Part shown: positions 42,936 to 53,934 of the stretch, in pieces
Layout: every line of letters starts with the position of its first letter
Numbering within the stretch: the stretch's first letter is position 1
NCBI GenBank assembly: GCA_963827655.1
Contig: CAWHCF010000031.1
Location: 152,845 to 216,844, forward strand
Direction: 5' to 3'
Origin: an uncultured Acidobacteriota bacterium
GTDB lineage: Bacteria; Acidobacteriota; UBA6911
Length of the DNA stretch: 64,000 nucleotides
Notes under the pieces: generated by a model
Databases searched by the model: none
Told to the model about the DNA's origin: nothing
What the model saw: only the letters and a program-made list of their open reading frames with translations
Translations under genes and position numbers: made by a program

Positions 42936-45562
42936 TCAAAGCTGCACGGTAACGGTTTCGGTCCGGGCCGGATCCAGGGCGGCGACCCCGACCAGGGTTT
43001 TCATCTTCGGCGTTCCTGGTTCTCCGATGTGGACCGTATAGGTCCCCCGGGCGAAAACCTTGGCTCGAAATTCCGTACCTTTGATGCGCAGCGTGTAAAC
43101 CACCTCGCCCGTGGCTTCCTCGATCACCTGAATCACCGGATCGCTCATGCCCGACACCTTGAGCGTCGGCAGATAGGCCGCAGCCTTGCGACCATAATTG
43201 TCCGCCTGACGGATGGTAATCGGCCAGCCTTGAAACTGCGAGCCCGTCTTCGGATCCGTCGGATCGGCGTAACGCGGCCAGGTTTCCAACGTGATGGACC
43301 GGTCAACCTTGTTGAAGCGCACGATAGTGTAACCGGTCGCTTTGCGATGCAAATCCACCGGCTCGGGGAACTGGCCGGGCTTCGGATCATTCACGGGATT
43401 GGCGACGGCGTGAATCGTCAGCTTGTTATGGAAGCCATCTTCGTAATCGCCCATGAAAGGCGGCCGATTGGGCTGCGGGTTGACAGGGGGATAGTTCGGG
43501 TTCCAGAACCGCGTGTAGAGATTGGCGATTGCCGGCGAACACTGCGACCAGCAGGAGTCGCCGAATTCGTCGATGCCATGGTGAATGGCGCTCGCCAGAT
43601 GCTGATCGCCCGCCAGATGAATCATGAAGCCGCGGCGCAGTTCGCGCAGAGCGGCCGTTGCGCCCGCTTTGCGGCCAGCCGTTGGAATCCAGGTCCTTGT
43701 CGAGTTCGCCGGTTGTCGGCGGACCGCGAACTGATTTGCAGGTTGCAAAAAATCGTCTGGGTCAGCGCCGCTTTCATCGACTGCCCGCGCCAGTCCTTGG
43801 AGAATTCGTGGAGGAATCTCAGCTGTCTCTCGCCGAGCAGCGTGGCCTCAGACAGGTCGGCTTTGCGGGTATCGAAATCTTTTTCGATGATATGGCTGTC
43901 TGTGGTCATCTGGGCTTTGACGATGGCTGGAGATGACTTGAATTTTCGATCCTCCAGAATGGCAAAGCCGACACCGCCCCAGGTGAGGGCCGTGAAATAC
44001 ACGCCGATGCCCTGTTCTACCGGCGTACGATCGTAAGGGTCAGGCAGGTGGCTGGTCTGGGTGCTTTGCATCATGTTCAGCCATGACGGCGGCATTCCAT
44101 ACCCGCCGCGCAAACCGGCCGGATCATCGGCAGGCGAAGCCTTGCCCCCCATGCCCCAGATGTTCCCGTGATATACGTCGTGATCGTCAGGAATGCAGAC
44201 GCACGGCGTATGCCGTACCAGATCGCCGAACGACCAGCACCAGAGAAACCATTTGTACAGGTAATCGAGCGCCGCCTCGTCAGTGGGCGCGCGCACGACG
44301 CGCGTCGGATTGCCTTCGTATATCTGATCTCCTGCGAAAAAGAAGAGATCGGGTTGATGCTTCGCTAGGTGCCGCGTCATCTCGGCATGCGGAAACCAGA
44401 CGCGATCCTTCCAGCGGTAGATCGGGTTCTGGGCGAGCGCGCCATCGATCTGCTGCACGCAGCTGAGCGAGGCCAGAACCAGGTCGGTCTTCTCGACCGG
44501 ATCTCGTTTGACCGTGCCGGTCCAGTCGTGCGGGCGTGCTTTGCCGTCCGAGGTTTTGAGCAGGTAGCGCACGCGGAATGCGGTGTCTCTGCTCGCATCC
44601 CAGTTCTCGATGCGAAAGTGCGCGGTCCAGCCCGACGGAACGATCGTGGTCTTCGCCGCCGTCTTCCAATCCGAGCCCTGTTTGAATTGGAGTTCAGCGC
44701 TCTGGCTCTCGTTCGCGCCCACGGGCATCAGTTGCGCCGTCACCTTGAGGACACCGCGATGAATCGTGTAAAGTGCGCTGAGAATCGGCCCACAGACGCG
44801 TTCGGGATGCGCTTCGATCTTGTTCCCTTCCAGCCTCCATTCACGGAACCAGAAACGCGCCGTGTTCTCGCCCGTGCCCGGATGGGAAACAAGCGCCACG
44901 TTGCCGATCAGTTTATCGGCGGAAACAAGCAGGCTTTGCCGGCTCAAGATCCGGCCCTCACGAGTACGCGCGGTCAAGGTTAAACGATACTGATTGCCAT
45001 CGGGTACGCCATCCAAACGGAGCCTGATTTCGTCAAGGACGCCGCCGCTCGCATCACCGAGTTGCGGCGCTGCCGCCGTCTCGAAATCACGGAAAAAGAC
45101 CGTGCCACGGGCCGTACACCCGGCAAATAATCCGCCACCTGGGCCAGGCTGATGATGAATTAATGCGGCGGCGCGGTAATCCATGGTCCGGCCTCCGGCG
45201 CCGATCAGAAATCCGCCGGCGCCATCGGCCGCCATGATGCCCGGATCGATCAGGCCGGTGCGCACCTCGACCTGGAAGCTACCAGAGCTGTTGCCCAGCC
45301 GATGGGTCAGCAGATGGAGAGTGCGCATCGGGCTGGCGGGCCGTCGATCCACACATTCCAGGCGACCGGCGCTAATACGCCAATCCTGCAATCGATTCGC
45401 CCAGTACTCGGGGCCGACGAATACACGCTCGGAATTGTCCGGCCATGCGCTGCTGAACGACTGTGCTGCGGCCGCACCGAGCCCGTCCGGGCCAAGTCCG
45501 GCGCGTGCCGCAGTGGCGCCGACGACGGCGCTTTTGATGAAGTTGCGGCGGTTAGTTTTCAT
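42936..45562 (-). CDS. Tat-exported PhoD-like phosphatase (indel(s) near 43650-43700)
   Basis: NRRNFIK twin-Arg; SC, GDQIYE, PDDHDVY and GDQH motifs. Confidence 0.82.
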
Positions 45563-45609
45563 GTGCCACCGAATCTAGCACAGTTACCACGAAGACACGA
45601 AGACACTAG

Positions 45610-45688
45610 GGTTCGTTCGGGGACTTCGCCCCGAACGAAGGGCCCCTTGTGAACGACAACATGTTGGTTTGAACGTTTCACTAAGCGC
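45610..45688. mobile_element. MITE-like 79-bp insertion with CTAG target duplication
   Basis: CTAG at 45606-45609 and 45689-45692; 11-bp stem TTCGTTCGGGG/CCCCGAACGAA; adjacent to an ACCACGAAGACACGAAGACAC repeat arm. Confidence 0.6.
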
Positions 45689-47195
45689 CTAGGAAACGCC
45701 ATGAGATTGCGCGAGCCGCCCGTAGATCCGGGTCAGGTTTTGCAGCCTCGACGCCAGCGCCGGTTTCAGTTCACTCTCGCGGAAGCGCCAGCGCCAGTTG
45801 TTCTCTGAGCTGGCCGGCAGGTTCATCCGCGCCTCCGATCCGAGTCCCAAGCACGTCCTGCATCGGTATGATTGCCATGCCGGCTACCGATGCGAGAGCC
45901 GCGCGAATAAAGTCCCAGTGTATTTCACTGCCATCGCTGTGGAGATAGCGAAGGGCGAAGTCGCGTTCGGCCTGGACCTGGGCGGGCGTCAAGGTGCTCT
46001 TGCCCGAGTCCAGGCCGTTGAACCAGCCGACTGTGGTGTCGTTGTCGTGCGTGCCCGTGTAGACGACGCAGTTTCGGACGTAGTTGTGCGGTTTGAAAGA
46101 ATCGGCCGCCAGTTCGTCGCCAAAAGCGAATTGCAAAACGCGCATGCCTGGGAACCCCCAGTGTTCGCGAAGCGCCTCGACTTCCGGTGTGATGAAGCCG
46201 AGGTCTTCCGCAATGACCGGAAGTTTTCCCAACGCTCTTTCGAGCGCGGCAAAGAGGCCGGATCCCGGGCCCTCCACCCAGCGGCCGGTTTCGGCGGTAG
46301 CTGCCGTTGCAGGGATCTCGTAATATTTTTCGAAACCTCGGAAGTGATCCAGCCTTACGATATCTACCATTTCGAGTGTGGCCCGCATCCGTTCGATCCA
46401 CCAGCGATAGCCTGAGGCAGCCATCACGTCCCAGCGGTAGAGCGGGTTTCCCCAGCGCTGCCCGGTGGCGCTGAAATAGTCCGGAGGAACCCCGGCGATG
46501 GTTCGGGGACTGCCGTCTTCGTGGAGATCAAACAGGTTCTTGTTGGCCCAGACATCGGCGCTGTCATGAGCCACGAAGATTGGGAGGTCTCCGATGATTC
46601 GGACGCCCCGTTCGTTGGCATATCGCTTCAACGCGCCCCATTGGCGGAAGAACTCGAACTGAATGAATTTGTGAGCCAGCACTTCATCGGGATCAGGATT
46701 CGAATGTTGTTTCCACTCGGGCCAGGCAGCGCCGCCGTTGGCGTCTTTGAGCGCCATGAATTGAGCAAAGCTGTCCAACCATTCTTCATGCCGAGAATGA
46801 AAATCTTCGAACTCCGCGCGGCGCGGATTTGCGTTGTCATGGAAAAATGCTTGGGCGGCGGCTTTGAGGATCTGCCATTTGAAAGGGATAAGCGCTCCAA
46901 AATCTACGAAATCTCCAGGAAATTCCGGAGCATCGTCCAGAACCGTTTTTGCAATCCATCCTTCTGCCGCGATCGACTCGAGGCTAAGGAGAAGGGGGTT
47001 TCCGCCCATGCTCGACAAACCCTGATAAGGGGAGTTTCCGTAGCCTGGAGGTCCGAGGGGGAGGACTTGCCACAGGCTCTGGCCGGCAGCCGCCAGGAAA
47101 TCGACAAACCGGTAGGACGGGTTCCCAAGGTCACCAATTCCGTGGCGGCCAGGTAAGGATGTTGGATGAAGCAGAATTCCGCTCGCCCGTCTCAT
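45689..47195 (-). CDS. malQ: 4-alpha-glucanotransferase (indel near 45845)
   Basis: GILLHPTSLP, GVPPDYFS, RLDHFRG, IAEDLG, YTGTHDNDT; tail ARMNLP..NWRWR in the shifted frame ends at TAG 45689. Confidence 0.94.
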
Positions 47196-47325
47196 CGCGT
47201 CACTGCCAGTCTTCACATTGACCACCAAGACACCCAAAGCGCCAAGAACACCCGCCTCAATGCTATATAAATATGATCACACTTTGTATAGACTTTGCAT
47301 TTCGTCCACGTCTTCGCGATCGATT

Positions 47326-47709
47326 ATGAGACTAGCGCTCTTCGTACTCATCCTGGCACCTGCCGCCCTGGCTCAGTCCGCTGCCGAGAAAATGCTCCAG
47401 GATTACTTTGGCCGGCAGACCACACGCATTGCTGAGAGGGCCCTCGCCGGCATCCAGTCTCTAGAGGATTGGAAAGTCAGGCGAGAGACGTACCGGGAAC
47501 AGATCCGGGAGATGCTGGAACTGGAAAATCTTCCCTCTACGCTCGCACGAGCCGGTTCGTTTCCGAATGCTCTGCGTTACTTCGACTTGCCGCAAATCAT
47601 GGCCCTGGCGTTCCCACGTTCACTCCTGATCCGCAGCGCAATGCCTTCTGACTGGGACTGGACAGTAAAGATTTCCAAGCTGGTTGGAGGAAAAATTACG
47701 TTCGGCTGA
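47326..47709 (+). pseudogene. Probable internally deleted remnant of a secreted alpha/beta hydrolase
   Basis: Signal peptide and DYF..SLEDWKVRRETYREQIREML joined to LENLP..NALRYFDLPQ; no nucleophile motif. Confidence 0.5.
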
Positions 47710-47761
47710 TGACTCGGAAGAGCTTTCCTTTTGATGCCGACTATTGAGGAGGAAAACTAGA

Positions 47762-48673
47762 ATGGCGCATATCGATCGAAGGACATTTCTGGAATCCGCG
47801 GCGATGGTCTCAGGCCTCGCGGCCCTTCATGTGAAAACGGCGGCAGCCGCTTCGACCCCCAAGAAAGCAGTATTGATCTCCATGTTGCCGAAGGAACTAT
47901 CCTTTCTGGATCGGTTCAAGATGGCGGTTGACGTGGGTTTCGAGGGACTGGAGGCGCGAACGGTCACCGATCCCAAGATGGCTGACGAAATCAAGTCGGC
48001 GTCGGAAAAATCCGGACTTAAAATCCATTCAGTGATGAACATGGATCACTGGGATCACCCGCTGTCGAGCGACAAGGCCGAACAGGTGAGTAAGAGTGTC
48101 GCGGGCATGGAGACCTCTTTGCGCAATGCAAAGCTGTGGGGGGCCGACGCCGTATTGCTGGTTCCTGCCGTCGTCAACCCGCAGACAACATACCAGCAGG
48201 CCTACACCCGGTCGCAGAAGGTGATTCGCGAGCGAATCCTCCCCCTGGCTCAGGAACTGAAGATCATCATTGCGGTCGAAGAAGTGTGGAACAAGTTTCT
48301 GCTCAGTCCGCTGGAATTTACGCGCTACGTGGATGAGTTCAAGTCGCCCTGGGTCCAGGCGTACTTCGATGTCGGGAACGTCGTCTTCTATGGCTATCCG
48401 CAGGATTGGATTCGGGCCCTTGGCAAGCGCATCGTCAAAATGCATGTGAAAGACTTCCAGCTGGACCGTCCCAACGGGAGATTCCACTGGAAGAATCTGG
48501 GCGAAGGGGATATCGATTGGCCCGAGGTCCGCAAAGCCATGGGCGAAATCGGCTATGCCGGCTATGTCACGACCGAGATCTCGGGCGGCGACGCCGCTTA
48601 CCTGAAAGACGTGGTTGCGAGGCTGGATCGCTTCCTGGCGGGTCAAGCCCCCGTAGTGAAAACCGGCGCTTGA
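47762..48673 (+). CDS. Tat-exported sugar phosphate isomerase/epimerase (TIM barrel, L-ribulose-5-P 3-epimerase-like)
   Basis: DRRTFL twin-Arg; EEVWNKFLLSPLE, YFDVGN, HVKDF, LGEGDIDW. Confidence 0.87.
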   Translation: MAHIDRRTFLESAAMVSGLAALHVKTAAAASTPKKAVLISMLPKELSFLDRFKMAVDVGFEGLEARTVTDPKMADEIKSASEKSGLKIHSVMNMDHWDHPLSSDKAEQVSKSVAGMETSLRNAKLWGADAVLLVPAVVNPQTTYQQAYTRSQKVIRERILPLAQELKIIIAVEEVWNKFLLSPLEFTRYVDEFKSPWVQAYFDVGNVVFYGYPQDWIRALGKRIVKMHVKDFQLDRPNGRFHWKNLGEGDIDWPEVRKAMGEIGYAGYVTTEISGGDAAYLKDVVARLDRFLAGQAPVVKTGA

Positions 48674-48698
48674 GAGTGTCTTCCGAGCCGAGTCCGTC

Positions 48699-48945
48699 GT
48701 GGACACCTCACCAGCGGAGCCAGGGCGAACCGCGCTCTTCCTGGCATCGTGGAACGGTGGACCACGCGCGGGCTGCAGATGTGGGCTCGACCGGGGACTA
48801 GAGGTCATCGATCCTCACTGATCCGAGATCCCGTAGGTGCGGTTCTTTTAGCGGGCTGAGTCATGGTGAGACCGCGGCAGCGCCCCGGCTTATCCCCCAG
48901 CATCGAGCGCGAACGGTTCAGTGCCAGCGGGTGGTAGCGACGAAG
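48699..48945 (+). pseudogene. Decayed ECF sigma factor of the STK-associated type
   Basis: TALFLASWNGG..LDRGLEVIDPH*SEIP*VRFF/SGLSHGETA/..IERERFSASGW*RR resembles TQLLLAWSGG..LDEAL..DPRQ..VELRFFGGLS..ETA..VERDW..ARAWL. Confidence 0.6.
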
Positions 48946-48965
48946 CATCGTGGGCCGTCAAAGCT

Positions 48966-51870
48966 ATGAACCCTGAACGCTGGAAGCGAATCGACCAAAT
49001 ATTCCAGCAAGCCTTGAGCCAGCCACCGGCGAATCGAGAATCCTTCCTTGACCGGGCCTGCGGTGGCGATGCGGATTTGCGCAGGGAAGTAGAATCGCGG
49101 CTTGAGCATGGCCGCCAGGCCGAAGGCTTCATCGTGTTGGCCGAGGATCATGCGACAGGGGTTGGTCGCGAATAATCGGACAGAACTGCCTCAGTCGTTC
49201 GCGTCAGGAGACCGGCTGGGGCCGTATGAAATCGTGGCCCTGCTTGGCGCCGGGGGCATGGGTGAAGTCTATCGAGCGAAAGACTTGCGCCTCCAGCGCA
49301 CTGTAGCGATCAAGGTCCTGCGGCATCGAACGAAAACCGGGCCCGAATACCGCCAGCGATTCGAGCGTGAAGCACGCGCCATCTCCAGCCTCAATCATCC
49401 TCACATTTGCCAGCTCTATGATGTCGGCGACTATGACGGCGCCGGATACATCGTCATGGAGTATCTCGACGGACAGACTCTTGCACAACGGCTGAAGCGG
49501 GGACCGTTGCCGTTGGAAGAAGCCCTTCGATATGCGATCCAGATTGCCGGTGCTCTCGATCGCGCGCACCGGAACGGCATCGTTCATCGGGACCTCAAGC
49601 CGGCGAACATCATGCTCACTGAGCACGGAGCCAAGCTGCTTGATTTCGGTCTGGCACGCCGGGTCGAATTTCGACCGGCTGTGGACGAAGAATCCGGCGT
49701 CGGGACGCTGACGACGGATCTGACGGGGCAAGGGTCTATCGTCGGCACGGTGCCTTACATGGCGCCTGAGCAACTCGAAGGCAAAGAGGCCGATGCCCGG
49801 ACCGACATCTTCGCACTCGGTGCAGTGTTGTACGAGATGCTCACGGGCAAACGGGCCTTCGAGGGGCAAAATCAGGCGAGCCTGATTTCCGCGATTATGA
49901 CGTCGGATCCGCCGGCGGTTTCCGCAAGTCTGCCAACGGCGTCGCCCTTCCTCGATCACATTGTACGAACGTGCCTGATGAAGGATCGCGAGCAGCGCTG
50001 GAGTTCCGCATTCGACGTGATGATCGAATTGCAATGGGCAGGTTCGATCCCGAAATCCGCGCCCGTCCCTTATGGTCGGGAACGACGTTGGCCCTGGGCA
50101 GTGGTGCTTGCGATAGCCGCCCTGGTTATCGCCTGGCTAGTCTGGCCTGGGCGCGATTTCGAAGACGCCACCGTTTATCAGATCCCCGTACTTCCTCCAC
50201 AGGACGTGGCCTTTTCATTTGGGCCCGCGGGGGGCGGCATGGCTCTTTCACCGAATGGCAAGACCCTGGCATTTGTGGGAGTGAAGAGCAATGTGCCGCA
50301 TCTTTGGATAATGCCCCTGGATACTCATCAGGCTCGGGCTCTCGCGGGGACCGAAAACGCCTCCCTCCCCTTCTGGTCACCGGACAGCCTCACGGTCGCC
50401 TTCTTCGCCGACCGGAAACTGAAGAAGATCAGCATGTCGGGGGGACCCTCACAGGTCATCTGTGATGCGCCGACAGGCCGCGGGGGGTCCTGGGGCGAGG
50501 ACGGCATGATTGTGTTCACGCCGCAACTCATGAGTCCTGTGCATAAGGTAACCCAGATCGGCGGCACGCCCGTCCCCGTTACAACTCTGGATTCATCTCG
50601 CCAGGAGGATGCGCATTACTGGCCGGAGTTCCTCCCCGGCTCGAGTCGTTTCCTCTACTTCGCGCGAAGCATTGACCCGCAGAAGAGCAGCATATTTCTG
50701 GGATCGGTGGACGAATCAGCAACCCCTGATCGTCGACCGCTGCTGGCAGCCAACTCGAAAGCGATCTATGTTCCCGCGCCGCAAAGTGGCGTCTTCCCCC
50801 GGCGACAAGGTCATCTGCTGTTTCTACGTGGCGACAGTTTGATGGCCCAGTTGCTCGACGAGCGCAAGTTCGCCGCTGTCGGTGAACCAGTGGCCGTCGC
50901 TGAACAAGTAGCATTGAGTGGCAATTTCGGTCAGGCGAACTTTTCGGCGTCGCCGAACCGCATACTCGCGTACGGCGGCTTCGACTACGAGGACGAGCAG
51001 CTGACATGGGTTGATCAGGAAGGGCGGACGCTCTCAACTATCGGGCCTCGAGGCCATTACTCGGACCTCCGTCTGTCTCCGGATGAGACAAGAGTAGTCG
51101 TCGCACGGACCGACCCGCGAACCGGTGCTCAGGATCTCTGGATCGTCGATCTTCTTCGCAATGTTGCTACACGTTTCACATCCCATCCGCGAGGCGACAC
51201 GAGTGCTGTTTGGTCCCCCAATGGTCAGATAATTACCTTCAGTTCAGATCGCCACGGTCCGGCCAGTCTTTACCGGAGGCGGAGCGCCAGTGTAGGTGAA
51301 GATGAGCGGTTGACGCACGCGCCGCACGTACAAATGCCAACAGCATATACTGCCGATGGAAAACTCCTGCTGTACGATGAGCGGCATCCTGAGAAGGGTT
51401 TTGACCTGTGGGCACTGCCGCTGGACGGAGATCGGCGCCCGCAACCCCTTCTGAGGACTGAGTTCAACGAATCTCAGGCACAGCTCTCGCCGGATGGCAA
51501 ATTCATCGCCTACATTTCCGACGAGTCGTCCCGGTATGAGGTCTATGTCGCAACCTTTCCCGATATGGCCAATCGATGGCAGGTATCCAGGAACGGGGGT
51601 CAGCAGCCGCGATGGCGCGGCGACGGGAAAGAGTTGTTTTACGTTGCTCCCGAAGGCGATTTAATGGCGGTCGGCGTGGATGCTCGCGGACTCGAAGGTC
51701 ACAAAACACCTCCGCGCCGGCTGTTTCGCAACGCTGCGCTCCAAGGACCCTACAAGTATTACTATGACGTCAGTCGAGATGGTAGACGCTTTCTCGTGGC
51801 GCTACCCGACAGAGCATTACGAAGTAATTCCTTGACGGTGGTCACGAACTGGCCCGCAAAGTTGAAATAA
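48966..51870 (+). CDS. Membrane Ser/Thr protein kinase with TolB/PD40 beta-propellers (indel near 49130)
   Basis: MNPERWKRIDQIF..ACGGDADLRREVES N-terminus; GAGGMGEVY, HRDLKPAN, DFG, APE; TM; SPDG repeats. Confidence 0.92.
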
Positions 51871-51882
51871 GACACGCGGTGC

Positions 51883-52727
51883 TTAGCGCCGCAAGCCGAA
51901 GGGGGATGGAACCGGATTCTTCCGAAGTTCCTCAAACCTCGAAAACGCCTTGCTTGCCCGCTCCTTGTCTCCGATCTTGGTGTAGTAGCGGCCCAGCAGG
52001 TAATAGGCTTCCGTGTAGCCTGGATCCAGCTTGACCGCCCGCTGCAATTCCTGCTCGACCTCGAAGCTGGCTTCCTTTTTCAGCAGCGCGCTCGCGTAGG
52101 AAAAGTGCGTGTACGGTAAGGTCGGATCGTTGCGAGTGGCTCGATAGTGCCACGAGAGTCCGCGATCCGAGTCTCCCTGCATGGTGAACATCTCACCCAG
52201 GGCGCTGAAGGGCCATCCGTAGTTGACACGCTTGCGCTCGATGACCTCAATTGCCTTGCGAAAGTCTTCTTGCGCCCCCTGCTCGTTGTTTCCTTGCCGG
52301 CACAGTCCTGAGAAGTAGTAAGCCTTGAAGTTTTCAGGATCGAGCGCGATGGCATTGCGAAGACGCTCGAGCGCGTTCCGATACTCTTTTCGTTCGAAAT
52401 GAAAGCGCCCCAGGTGATAGTGGGCATCGCCGTCGTTGGGATTGAGCGCGAGGGCTTTCGTCAGATTTTCTCTGTAATCGTCGACCCGCCCCAGCATGTA
52501 CGAGGAAAGGGCCAGAAGTTTGTAAGTCTCGCTTTCTTCCTTTCCCTCCTGAATGCAGGAACGCGCCATTTCCACTGCGCGCTCGAATTGCGCAGCGCGA
52601 AAAGCCTCGACTGCGGCCGGGCAAGCGCCAGAACCGGCTTGCAGAGGAGTATGCGTCTGGAATTCCGCATCGCTCGAGCTCCCGAGCCGGCCAGCAGCAA
52701 GAAAACCGAGAGTCTTGTAAGCGCCAT
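51883..52727 (-). CDS. Secreted TPR protein (indel near 52680)
   Basis: Signal peptide MALTRLSVFLLLAG in one frame; TPR repeats ALALNP..AHYHLG and AVKLDP..AYYLLG in the other. Confidence 0.8.
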
Positions 52728-52863
52728 CGGCCACATCATACCAGAAAGGAACGAAGTCGATTCTTCGCATACACACCCCACCACTAAGACTCGAAGAAAC
52801 GATTGTCATGATCGTAGACTGGTCATTCTTGACTTGCCGGAAGTGCCCTGTTAGTGTCCGGCT

Positions 52864-53934
52864 ATGAGGTCGCACACGTTGCCGGCAATCGTGGTCGCCG
52901 GCTTCCTCCCTTTCATATCAGGCGAGTTGCTGTGCGCCGCCGATCAATGCAAGCTTGGCAGCGAGGCGCTCGAGCGGAGAGATCTTCAGCAGGCCGAAGG
53001 GCTGCTGAAGCAATGCATGGCCGCTTACCCGGCGCAGCTCTTGCCCTACATTCAACTGTGCGCTCTCTACCAGCTCCAGGGAAAGCCGGACGAGCTCCAT
53101 CGAGTAGCCTCAGCGGGTCTGAAGAAATTTCCCGAGGAAAAACGGTTCTACTTGACGGTAGGAACTCAGGCCGGTCGCGAGAAGCGCTACGAGCGGGCGC
53201 TTGAAGTTTTCTCCGAAGGCTTCCGGCGCTGGCCTGACGACCAGAGATTTCGAGACAACCTCGCCAGTTCCCATTTAGGGATCGGGATGAAGTTTCTGGA
53301 CCAAGGGAAGAACCGGGAGGCTGAAAAGCATCTGCGCCAGGCAACCGAGCTGGCGAAAGATGATCTTGAAGCCCACCTCAATCTGGGCCGCGCGCTGCAC
53401 AATCTCAATCACAGCATTGAGGCGCTGGCCGAGTTTGACCGGGTACTCGAGCTCGATCCTCGTCTTTCCTTGGCTCACTTTCATCGCGGCCTGGTTCGAT
53501 ACGGCCTGGCCGAGTACGATCGCGCGATCGAGGACTTCGGCCGTGAAATCGAAATAACTCCGGATTATCCTCCCAGCTATCTGTTCCGTGGGCTTGCCAG
53601 AATTGCCAGGGGCGAGTGGGCCGGCGCCTTGCCCGACCTTGAGCTGGCAGCGGCGCGCATGCCCGAGAACGCCAAAGCACAGTACGGACGCGCTCGTTGT
53701 CTTAACCAGCTGGGCCGGAAGTCAGAGGCAGAAGCCGGATTCCGCAAGACGATCGAACTCGATCCGTCCGATCCCGGCCCCTTGAATGCTCTAGGACGTC
53801 TGCTCGTTGAAACAGGCCGCAGCGAAGAAGCCGAGCCGCTCTTCCAGCAGGGCGCGCGGCTCGAGAAAGAGCGCCGATCCGCGGCCCCGGGGGAAATTCA
53901 ATTCGAGTCGTCCCGACCTCGCAGGCCCCAGTGA
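52864..53934 (+). CDS. Secreted TPR protein
   Basis: Signal-like N-terminus; multiple TPR repeats (AHLNLG, LELDP, AHFHRG). Confidence 0.88.
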   Translation: MRSHTLPAIVVAGFLPFISGELLCAADQCKLGSEALERRDLQQAEGLLKQCMAAYPAQLLPYIQLCALYQLQGKPDELHRVASAGLKKFPEEKRFYLTVGTQAGREKRYERALEVFSEGFRRWPDDQRFRDNLASSHLGIGMKFLDQGKNREAEKHLRQATELAKDDLEAHLNLGRALHNLNHSIEALAEFDRVLELDPRLSLAHFHRGLVRYGLAEYDRAIEDFGREIEITPDYPPSYLFRGLARIARGEWAGALPDLELAAARMPENAKAQYGRARCLNQLGRKSEAEAGFRKTIELDPSDPGPLNALGRLLVETGRSEEAEPLFQQGARLEKERRSAAPGEIQFESSRPRRPQ

